NCBI GenBank assembly: GCA_963693365.1
Contig: CAVNZM010000016.1
Span: 927,505-991,504 of the forward strand
Direction of reading: 5' to 3'
DNA: 64,000 bases
Source: Amoebidium appalachense
Taxonomy: Eukaryota > Protista > Ichthyosporea
Under the pieces are notes generated by a model. That model did no database searches. It was not told the DNA's origin and saw only the letters and a list, made by a program, of their open reading frames with translations. Each line of letters opens with the position of its first letter. The first letter of the stretch is position 1. Below, in pieces: positions 56,650 to 64,000 of this stretch. The translations under genes were made by a program, and so were the position numbers.

Positions 56650-58365
56650 TTACACACTAGTTTCACTTTGCATGACAACCGATGTGAGATTTTTCTCAAG
56701 ACCATCAACCAATGCAAAAATGAACCGCGACAACCCGCCGTACTTGCCGGAGCCATCTTTGTAAAGAACTATACATGGAGCGGCTTTGGGTCCGTGTGCC
56801 TCTGCCACCAGGCCCATGTCGCGTAGGACGACAGTGGGGACAAATAAAACCTTTGACACAAAGTCCCCAGGGAGAAACACCATAAGCACGTCGAAATCGC
56901 CAACGGTGTAACAGGTCTTCTTTCTGTGGCCACCTGTGTAAGTGGCTAGAGCGAACTGCCAATATGTGCCCATATCCAAGGCTGTCTTGGCCTGTACTCG
57001 TCGGTTTTTCCAGTACATATCGAATCTGGCGTTGTGCTCGTGTACTTCCGGATACACAAACTTTGTCTCGAGTATTTTCTCAATCGCCGCTTGTGTCTCG
57101 ATCTCCCTCATCTGCTTTGCTCCTTTGGGTGTGTTGACTTGAACGAACGTTTTTAATTGGAGTTGCTCATCTTGCATGTCAAGTGCAGCCCTCAGCTCCT
57201 CAACCGACACGACTTCACGGTCCACGAACCTAGTCCGCCGCCCTTGCCCGATGGTAATTTGTCCTGATGTATTCATGACCGATTCGTTTCCAGCAAAAAT
57301 CCACAACCGTCGTGTCCTCCCATCGTCGCCGACACATGCGACCACCCCACCTGAATGTTTGTTGCATCGCATAAACACGAATGCAGATTCGTCCCGTCGG
57401 GTGCTGGTCTTCACTGTCACTGCATATCCACGGGGTTCTTCACCAGGCTCCGTGACCCAAAGAAAATCGGCGGCACAGCTTTCCCTTGTCGGCATAACAG
57501 TCAGACCGGCCTCTCTGAACATTTCCATGACCCATTTCTTCCCCTCGGCACCTATCTCGGTGCCGTGGGCGCTTCGGCGCTGAAGGTTGGCGTGTCGCTT
57601 CTCGGCGTACTCCTCGTCGTTCTTGGGCAGTTCTTTGCGCGGGCGTTTTGTGGAAGGCGTCTCGACATCTTCGGGCCCGAGCGCGCGAGCCCTCTTGTTG
57701 CTGGCACAGTTGGGGCAGGCGTTGCCGAGTCGTGTGCGGTTGTGAATCCAGTTCTCCCACTCGTGACCGTTCGTGCACACCCACCAGACCTTCATCTTCT
57801 TGCCGTGGTGCACGCTGTCTGGCGTGGCCTCACCATTCTTCGTGGGGTGCCACTCGGCGGCAATGGCTGGGAACTTTGCCTTGAGTGTCTCATCCGTCTT
57901 CACGCGCATGCTTATCCCCTTGCGCTTGCATGCCGGGCAGCCAGGTCCGTTCTTCGTGCGGTTCGAGGGGCTCGCCTGCCACTCGACATCACAACCGGGA
58001 CTGGAACATTTCCACCAGAAGACGTTGCTTGCCTTGCCGATGTCGGAGGGGGTGATGGGGGCGTTCTTCTCGAAGTGCCATTCTGCGGAAATGTCGGGGA
58101 AGAGCGCCGCAAAGGTCTTGTCGGCATCGAGCTTCTTGGTAAAGTACTTCTTGGGGTCGGCCTTCTTGCGGCACGCGACGCAGCCTGGCTCCTGCTTGAT
58201 CCGCGCAAACACGTAGGCCTCCCACTCGGTGTTGCAGCCCGGTGTGCCGCAGAGCCACCACACCTTCTTGTTCGACTTTGCCCCCACGGACGACGCCGAC
58301 AGCGGGGCATTCTTGCTTGGGTGCCACTCGCGGGCAAGAGAAGGAAAGGTTTGAGAGAGAGACAT
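56650..58365 (-). CDS. Three zinc-ribbon (DUF4379-like) repeats plus two PD-(D/E)XK-like domains; putative homing endonuclease
   Basis: Three EWH..KN...WW.C...EW...R...CxxC units; ADFLW..AVTVKTS and FDMYW...VQAKTA..YTVGDFD. Confidence 0.75.
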   Translation of the reverse strand: MSLSQTFPSLAREWHPSKNAPLSASSVGAKSNKKVWWLCGTPGCNTEWEAYVFARIKQEPGCVACRKKADPKKYFTKKLDADKTFAALFPDISAEWHFEKNAPITPSDIGKASNVFWWKCSSPGCDVEWQASPSNRTKNGPGCPACKRKGISMRVKTDETLKAKFPAIAAEWHPTKNGEATPDSVHHGKKMKVWWVCTNGHEWENWIHNRTRLGNACPNCASNKRARALGPEDVETPSTKRPRKELPKNDEEYAEKRHANLQRRSAHGTEIGAEGKKWVMEMFREAGLTVMPTRESCAADFLWVTEPGEEPRGYAVTVKTSTRRDESAFVFMRCNKHSGGVVACVGDDGRTRRLWIFAGNESVMNTSGQITIGQGRRTRFVDREVVSVEELRAALDMQDEQLQLKTFVQVNTPKGAKQMREIETQAAIEKILETKFVYPEVHEHNARFDMYWKNRRVQAKTALDMGTYWQFALATYTGGHRKKTCYTVGDFDVLMVFLPGDFVSKVLFVPTVVLRDMGLVAEAHGPKAAPCIVLYKDGSGKYGGLSRFIFALVDGLEKNLTSVVMQSETSV

Positions 58366-58403
58366 GTTGCTGCAGGTGTGATGGTTGTATGGGTGTGTGC
58401 CGG

Positions 58404-58508
58404 CTTTTATACCTTCGCGGGAGTCAAAGGTGATGCGACTGCCGCGATGAAGCGCGGTCGATTTTTTCTTGTTTTGGCGACTGGGTTGCACGTTCGAGGG
58501 TATAAAAG
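58404..58508. promoter_or_regulatory. Bidirectional promoter with a TATAAAAG on each strand
   Basis: Minus-strand 58411-58404 and plus-strand 58501-58508, upstream of ATGs at 58365 and 58562. Confidence 0.55.
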
Positions 58509-58561
58509 GCCGCACGGTGACCAAACACCCTCACTTTTTATTTTCTCAGCTACTCGTAGGC

Positions 58562-59428
58562 ATGTCCAGAATCCTGACCATCTACTGCACTGAGCTCGCT
58601 GCCCTCGCTGGTCGCCACAAGTATCGTGAAGTCGCCGACGCCGTGAACGCCCTGCTCTGCCACAACGAACAGATTGTCTACTCGTCCTTCCCCCACCTGC
58701 GCTCGCGTCTGCGCAACGCCCGTCTCGGTGAGGCCGCAGCCCGCAAGGCCGAGTTCCTCTGCCGCAAGCGCCATGCCGACGTGCTGGAGAGCGGGCTCGT
58801 GAAGATGGCAAAGGCCGAGTCCGCCGACGAGCTGAAGATGCTGATCGACGATGCGCTCTCGTCCATCGACGACCCCGCCGACAGGGAGCTGGCCAGGGGC
58901 GTCATCTTCAAGACCCGCGGGCTCACGGGCGAGGACCCCGTCATGGACGAGTACGAGCGGCTGACCGGCAAGAAGCTGACCGAGCGCAACACCGTGTTCC
59001 GTGTCTCCAAGCCCTTCACCACGCGTGGCGGAGTGCGCTACCAGATCGGGGGCCGCCTGGACGGCGTGTGCGACGAGCTCGGGCGCATCGTCGAGGTCAA
59101 GAACCGCGTCAACAAGTTCCACATCCCCATCTACGACCGCATCCAGGTCATGGGCTACTTTGCCATCACAGGGCTTAAGAGTTGCGAGTTCATCCAGTGC
59201 CTGTGCGGTGAGCTCGACACCGAGACCCTGCACTACGACGAGGGCGCCTGGGCGGCCGTGCAGCGAGCGCTCGAGGACACCCTGGACCGCTACCTCACCC
59301 CCGACTGCGACCCCGACGAGGAGCCCCACAGCCCCCCCGGCCCGCCCGCAGCTCCCAGCCCCCCCGGGCCGGCCCCTCAGTCACCGGCCGCGTCATCCTC
59401 GCTGGCCTCCGTCTCCTCTTCGCAATAA
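58562..59428 (+). CDS. YqaJ/lambda-type viral exonuclease
   Basis: RGLTGE, IGGRLDG...IVEVKNR, YDRIQVMGY. Confidence 0.88.
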   Translation: MSRILTIYCTELAALAGRHKYREVADAVNALLCHNEQIVYSSFPHLRSRLRNARLGEAAARKAEFLCRKRHADVLESGLVKMAKAESADELKMLIDDALSSIDDPADRELARGVIFKTRGLTGEDPVMDEYERLTGKKLTERNTVFRVSKPFTTRGGVRYQIGGRLDGVCDELGRIVEVKNRVNKFHIPIYDRIQVMGYFAITGLKSCEFIQCLCGELDTETLHYDEGAWAAVQRALEDTLDRYLTPDCDPDEEPHSPPGPPAAPSPPGPAPQSPAASSSLASVSSSQ

Positions 59429-59877
59429 ATATCCCCCAGACGGGGCAGTGGCATATCCAGTCTTTTGAGCACGGGCGAGTAGAAGTGGCATGCCTCCACG
59501 TACTCGCAGTAGCAGCCCATGGACTCAAGCTCTTTTGGAAACAGCTCCTCGCTCAGCTGCATCTTTCCCCCCTTCTGTACGTACATGCACGGGTCACGGT
59601 TTAGCGAGACGACCTCCAGCCAGTCCTTGAACGCGTTTGTTGGACGTCGCACCACACACCTCCTGCACTTGAAAGCCGCAAGCACACCCATCACCTCGCC
59701 CGCGCCCCGAAAGCTCCGGTACAGCACGCACACTCGAACACCACCCTCACTGCCTGCCGAGCATACCGCCCTCGCCCCGTTCTCCAGCAGCCGTCGAGCC
59801 ACATCTCTCGCACCCACCTGCCCGTCGAGCTCGGCCGCAAAGACGCGCGAATGACTGTTATCATGGCGGTTATCCAT
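59377..59877 (-). CDS. Hypothetical protein
   Basis: Fills the gap; divergent from the ORF at 59894. Confidence 0.5.
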   Translation of the reverse strand: MDNRHDNSHSRVFAAELDGQVGARDVARRLLENGARAVCSAGSEGGVRVCVLYRSFRGAGEVMGVLAAFKCRRCVVRRPTNAFKDWLEVVSLNRDPCMYVQKGGKMQLSEELFPKELESMGCYCEYVEACHFYSPVLKRLDMPLPRLGDIYCEEETEASEDDAAGD

Positions 59878-59893
59878 GCAGAGCCACGCAATA

Positions 59894-60409
59894 ATGTCGG
59901 GATGCGAGCTGGACACCGCGACGGTCAGGTGCATGGCCTGGGACTCCGACCAACCGCTTTCCATAGGCGTGCAGGGGGGGTTCAGCTGGGACAAGGGCAA
60001 CCTCAGGTTCAGGAACGTCACGAGCCCCGAGTACTTCTTCTACCCAGGACAGGCCCTGGCTGTGCTTCACCACGTACGCACGATCCAGTCGGTTGAGCTC
60101 GCACGGGGGCTGCTGGTGCTGGACGAGCCGCTGCCATATTTCCCCAAGATCAAGGACCTTATGGTCTATGTCGATCCGCACGTGCGCGGGCGCCTACGAA
60201 CAGGTAACGGCCAGGATGTGCTCACGGTCACACGTGACGGACGAATACAGAGCCCGTGGATGGACAGGCTCGTAGGCAATTTCGACGGCCACTTTGTTTT
60301 TGCAAACGGCTGGCGCATCGAGGCAGCCGGGGACTCGGGACTGCTGTTCACCTCGGCAACGGGGGTGGCACGCATGCGCTTGGACGACGCCGGGCTCGAG
60401 ATTCTCTAA
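59894..60409 (+). CDS. Beta-rich hypothetical protein
   Basis: TAATG start; GC3-rich codons. Confidence 0.6.
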   Translation: MSGCELDTATVRCMAWDSDQPLSIGVQGGFSWDKGNLRFRNVTSPEYFFYPGQALAVLHHVRTIQSVELARGLLVLDEPLPYFPKIKDLMVYVDPHVRGRLRTGNGQDVLTVTRDGRIQSPWMDRLVGNFDGHFVFANGWRIEAAGDSGLLFTSATGVARMRLDDAGLEIL

Positions 60410-60465
60410 ACCGCCAAAATGCCTCCAGACAGCAGCCGTTCGATATAATTTGGTGGTAGGGTATA

Positions 60466-60741
60466 ATGTCTTTGGCCACGGGTGTCGATTATGGGATGAG
60501 GGCATACATGAGAAACCCCCTTTTCCAGGCTACCATCACCGGGTTGACCGCCTACATGGCCTACCCACCCAACGACTCGCTCCACCGCCTGGGGCGCAAG
60601 TGGCCCTGGCTGCAGTACGTGTTCCTGTTCTTCCTGGTCTGGCAGGGACGTGGCGAGCAGAACATCACGCGGAGCTTGATTGCCGTGGGCATCATATACG
60701 CACTTCTCCAGTACGCGGTTCCCGCACTCGAGAGGCTGTAG
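60466..60741 (+). CDS. Small multi-TM viral membrane protein
   Basis: Hydrophobic segments with FLVWQG; TAATG start. Confidence 0.6.
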   Translation: MSLATGVDYGMRAYMRNPLFQATITGLTAYMAYPPNDSLHRLGRKWPWLQYVFLFFLVWQGRGEQNITRSLIAVGIIYALLQYAVPALERL

Positions 60742-60796
60742 GTGGTTTTGCGCCCAACGGTTGGCAGCTCCCCGTTTATTCGGCAGTGCTGTTAGA

Positions 60797-61009
60797 ATGA
60801 CACTGGACGACCTAATCCTCGAGCAGATCGGCGTGTCCAAGAGGAAGTCTCGCACGAGACGCGCCAAAGCCCCCGCCATCCCCTCGCAGCCGTCGACCAT
60901 GAAGACGGCACTTGCCCGCCTCGACCAGGCCGAACACGAGGGCAAGGACTTCCTAAAATTGGTGCGCAAGACCCGCAAGCAGTTGCTGGCAAAGACAAAG
61001 GCTGTGTAG
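60797..61009 (+). CDS. Small basic protein
   Basis: MTLDDLILEQ...; AATAAA downstream. Confidence 0.45.
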   Translation: MTLDDLILEQIGVSKRKSRTRRAKAPAIPSQPSTMKTALARLDQAEHEGKDFLKLVRKTRKQLLAKTKAV

Positions 61010-61145
61010 CCCACGAGCATGAAGAAAACATCATTTTAACCGAGCCCTTCACGGGCTAGTCCAAATAAAGACGGCAGCGCCGACAAACAACAGAAACAGA
61101 AGGAGCCAAACAGCACGCATTTACACTGTGTACGCATTTGTTTTA

Positions 61146-62462
61146 TTAGGTTGCCGGTGCTGCATGCCGTTGCCGCATGGTTTCAAGCTGATTCGGGGCC
61201 GTCAAATCTGATATGTTTTGCGCGGCTGCGCCTGTGTCTGCGCCTTCGACCCCTTGTCGCAGGTTATCCATATCCATGGGCTCTTGCCCTTGGTTTTCTA
61301 GGGCTTGATTGATGCCGTTCATGTCCACGTTACCCAGCCCGCGCCCACCAGCAAGATTCGTTGCCATGTCCTCGAAACGATTTTCCAGGTCCTGGAGGTC
61401 CGCCGGTTCGTCGTTGGGGTTGCTGGGGGCAATGGGATTGGCGAGACGCACAATTTCCGTCTCCAGATCAAAAAGAGTGTCCTTGGTGTTGTCCAGTTTT
61501 TTGACCAGTGCAAACGTGGGTTTGGTGCCCAGCGCGGTATCCACGGCGCTGTACATCGAGCTCGTCCATGCCGCACACTTTCTCAGCAAACTGGATGTAT
61601 CGACCAGCTTCCCTATGAGTGCATTACCCAAGTTGTTCAAATCCCCTTGCCGCAATAGATAGACATCTCGGTTAAACAACAGATTTAGGTGTCCCAGCTC
61701 ATCCGGCGTCTTCTTGGAAAAGTAGTTCACGTACACCGGGTTCTTAAGCAGCTCGCTCCGGGTGCCCTTTATGAACCGAAGGTATGCACCAATAACTGCC
61801 TTGTAGCCGACTATACGCTTGAGAAGGAGCTCGGCATCCAGATTCTTCTTGAACTGTTGCTTCTGGGCGAGCAGTTTTTCGGTGGCCTTGTTCGTGACAA
61901 AGCCTATGCTGCTGTCGTCGACTGAGACGTCCGCCTTCTCGTAGCGGGTCTTGAGCTGGTCGTACTCGTTGCCCAAGTTGCTGATGTCCACCTCCAGCTT
62001 CTTGTCGATGTAGTCCTTGGCCAACTGCTTGGCCTGCAGCTTGAACTTTGCCAACTGGAGTTCAATGCGCGACAACGCCTGCTGGTTGGCTAGCGGGATG
62101 CCTGTTCTTGCCCCCCGTGCCACTGCGGCAATCTTCTTCCCCTGAAATCCGAGAAGCTCACTTGCCTGGACCTTGTCCTTGGCCTGTTGCTTCTGTGCTT
62201 TGCTGTACTTCTTTTTCACGAGGTCCGCCTTGTACTTGATCCGCTTCTGTATCTCCTGGTCCTCCTCCTTTCCACGTTTGCCGGCCCGCTCCAGGCCCTT
62301 CAACACCTGCTTCTTCGTCTTCTGCGTGGGCTTGTCGAGGTCCTCCCAGTACGCATAACTTTTCCGACCTCCTTTCCGTGTCTTGCTCCAATTGGGCGGT
62401 TCGGGTTGCGCCACTGCGGCCATGTTATATGATTGCACCACATTATTAACCGGACTGCCCAC
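61146..62462 (-). CDS. Lys-rich coiled-coil protein (probable ATG at 62423)
   Basis: Long helical ORF; AATAAA overlaps the stop. Confidence 0.7.
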   Translation of the reverse strand: MGSPVNNVVQSYNMAAVAQPEPPNWSKTRKGGRKSYAYWEDLDKPTQKTKKQVLKGLERAGKRGKEEDQEIQKRIKYKADLVKKKYSKAQKQQAKDKVQASELLGFQGKKIAAVARGARTGIPLANQQALSRIELQLAKFKLQAKQLAKDYIDKKLEVDISNLGNEYDQLKTRYEKADVSVDDSSIGFVTNKATEKLLAQKQQFKKNLDAELLLKRIVGYKAVIGAYLRFIKGTRSELLKNPVYVNYFSKKTPDELGHLNLLFNRDVYLLRQGDLNNLGNALIGKLVDTSSLLRKCAAWTSSMYSAVDTALGTKPTFALVKKLDNTKDTLFDLETEIVRLANPIAPSNPNDEPADLQDLENRFEDMATNLAGGRGLGNVDMNGINQALENQGQEPMDMDNLRQGVEGADTGAAAQNISDLTAPNQLETMRQRHAAPAT

Positions 62463-62994
62463 CGTATACCTGATTTATGACTGTGCCACCCTGTTGGGCC
62501 CTCGCCTGCAATCCCGCCAGCCTATCCTCCTGCAAAGCCTTGCCTACCTTCTCGCCCAGCTTTGCAAGCTCTTCATAGAGCCCCTGCCACTTGGCCGTCG
62601 CGGCCTCGTTTGCTCTTCGCGTCTGGATGAGTCGGTCGGTTGCGTGGTAAATCCGTAGAAGCTGGTCACTGGCCTCTTCCCCCAATCGCTCCCTACCCCG
62701 GGCCACCAACCGAGCCCCTTGCAGCACCCTCTGTATGCGCATCTCGATGTCCTTGATGCGCTGACCCGTCGTAGCGGTGCCCGAGGCCTGAGCCGTTGAC
62801 CGCTTCAGTCGTTTGATGGCACGGTTTGTGGAATGTCGTATCATTTGGGCCACCTCCTGCTCCTGTCGTTTCCGCTGCATGGCATCCCGGCGCAGGCCGC
62901 GGAGCTCCGCACGCAGCTGTTGTCTGCTGTAGCTAGGTTCAGGGAGAGGCTGTGGCCTCACGGCCGTTGTGGCGACTGCACTGTGTCTTTCCAT
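62446..62994 (-). CDS. Basic coiled-coil protein
   Basis: R/Q-rich helical ORF in a co-oriented run. Confidence 0.6.
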   Translation of the reverse strand: MERHSAVATTAVRPQPLPEPSYSRQQLRAELRGLRRDAMQRKRQEQEVAQMIRHSTNRAIKRLKRSTAQASGTATTGQRIKDIEMRIQRVLQGARLVARGRERLGEEASDQLLRIYHATDRLIQTRRANEAATAKWQGLYEELAKLGEKVGKALQEDRLAGLQARAQQGGTVINQVYGGQSG

Positions 62995-63005
62995 GCATAC
63001 CTGAG

Positions 63006-63311
63006 TTATTTATTTTGGCCGGGCGCGTCCAGCGCAAGTGCCTGTTCCGTCAGCAGGGCAAGCTCCGTCACCAACGGACCGGCCGACGTGTGCCTTATTC
63101 GCGCTATGTCGCGCGTGACCTCATCGAGCATCCGGAGCGCCTTCTTGCGCGTTGCTAACATCCGCTTGAGCTCCATATTGTTTCGCACCTTCAGTTGTCC
63201 CACTTCCCGGTATCGGCGCAGGCGTTGCTTCATCAGCTGTCGCTGCTGCCACAGTTGGTGCTGTGTGCGCTGGCGCTGCTGGGCCAGCCACTTGTCCCTC
63301 TTGCCTCGCAT
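63006..63311 (-). CDS. Small R/Q-rich helical protein
   Basis: Co-oriented ORF. Confidence 0.5.
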   Translation of the reverse strand: MRGKRDKWLAQQRQRTQHQLWQQRQLMKQRLRRYREVGQLKVRNNMELKRMLATRKKALRMLDEVTRDIARIRHTSAGPLVTELALLTEQALALDAPGQNK

Positions 63312-63335
63312 CTACATCTGGCATTGTTTCCGTGC

Positions 63336-63512
63336 TCACGGGGACCCACACGGCCCCAGAATCCCGCGTAGACACCTGCGGCCCATGCCCAGCGAGTAAG
63401 GCGAATCGAGCAGCCCCAGTTCAAATGCCTTTTGTAGTTGTTCGCGTTTCAAGCCTCCGCGACGTGGGCGTCTCTGCGTGCGTCTCCGTACTCCGTGTCT
63501 CCGGCGTGCCAT
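63336..63512 (-). CDS. 58-aa Arg-rich protein (not in the ORF track)
   Basis: MARRRHGVRRRTQRRPRRGGLKREQL...GSP*. Confidence 0.45.
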   Translation of the reverse strand: MARRRHGVRRRTQRRPRRGGLKREQLQKAFELGLLDSPYSLGMGRRCLRGILGPCGSP

Positions 63513-63547
63513 TGGCAGCAGCAGGCAAAATCCGTAACCTGACCACC

Positions 63548-63778
63548 TCAGCTCGTCAAAAACCGCGAACCGATGTACCCAGCCAGCAGCGTGCCCACGA
63601 TGGCCGCCGCAACGGTCACAAGAAACACCATCAGGAAGAATTGCGGTGTCCCCGCCCGTACCACCATGCCCTGCCTTGCTGGCACGGGACTGGTGGCAGC
63701 GGTTTCGGTCGGGGTGTCTGGCTGCTGCTCGGGTGCGTTGGGGGTGGTGTCCTTGGGGTTGCTGGCTGCTTCATCCAT
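63548..63778 (-). CDS. Small C-terminal TM protein
   Basis: MDEAAS...FFLMVFLVTVAAAIVGTLLAGYI. Confidence 0.55.
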   Translation of the reverse strand: MDEAASNPKDTTPNAPEQQPDTPTETAATSPVPARQGMVVRAGTPQFFLMVFLVTVAAAIVGTLLAGYIGSRFLTS

Positions 63779-63815
63779 TACAGTACGGGACAAAATAAAA
63801 AACGTGCCGTCACAC

Positions 63816-64000
63816 ATGACCGTTCCCCTCCTCCTACTCGCACTGATCGTGTGCGCCCTGGTTCTGTTCCTACGCTCATACTGCCGCCCGCTTCCATCTC
63901 GGTTCAGCTGGCTCGACGTTTCCCCCGCGGTGGTTGCCCCCGTGGGCTACCAGGCACGATGTGGCTCGTGCTGGGCGCACGCCACGTCGGCCGCGCTCCA
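63816..64000 (+). CDS. Papain-family (C1) cysteine protease, truncated by the window end
   Basis: MTVPLLLLALIVCALVLFL...LPSRFSW...PVGYQARCGSCWAHA, with the oxyanion Gln and catalytic Cys. Confidence 0.85.
   Translation, partial: MTVPLLLLALIVCALVLFLRSYCRPLPSRFSWLDVSPAVVAPVGYQARCGSCWAHATSAAL

Larger units (their letters stand above)
41950..64000. mobile_element. Endogenous giant virus (NCLDV) segment, right block
   Basis: MCP, VLTF3, Erv1, YqaJ exonuclease, SWIB and L1/F9-like genes, tightly packed and intron-less. Confidence 0.92.

Overview
Eukaryotic genomic DNA containing an endogenised nucleocytoplasmic large DNA virus (Nucleocytoviricota). There are two gene-dense, intron-less viral blocks (about 1-13335 and 41950-64000). 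They encode a double-jelly-roll major capsid protein, VLTF3, an A22-like Holliday junction resolvase, an SF3 helicase, an Erv1 thiol oxidase, a YqaJ/lambda exonuclease, a SWIB protein, an L1/F9-like membrane protein, two penton-like proteins, three proteases and several nucleases. Between the blocks lie about 28 kb of minisatellite-rich DNA. This holds a 7-exon KDM4-like JmjN/JmjC gene, an orphan ORF between inverted satellite arrays, two stranded viral-type islands, a pogo-like non-autonomous transposon with a LINE inserted in it, and a solo copy of that LINE's 3' end. Several viral genes carry stops or frameshifts. The most notable items are: (i) a repeat-bounded plasmid/transpoviron-like module (MTase, nuclease, inverted iterons, SF3 helicase with a possible degenerate HUH domain, C2H2 protein); (ii) a three-member viral paralogue family with a VAED(V/I)YxRxR motif; (iii) the spliced histone demethylase inside the viral interval; (iv) a LINE whose 3' end lies about 195 bp beyond its poly(A). 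All assignments are from motif recognition by eye; no searches were run.
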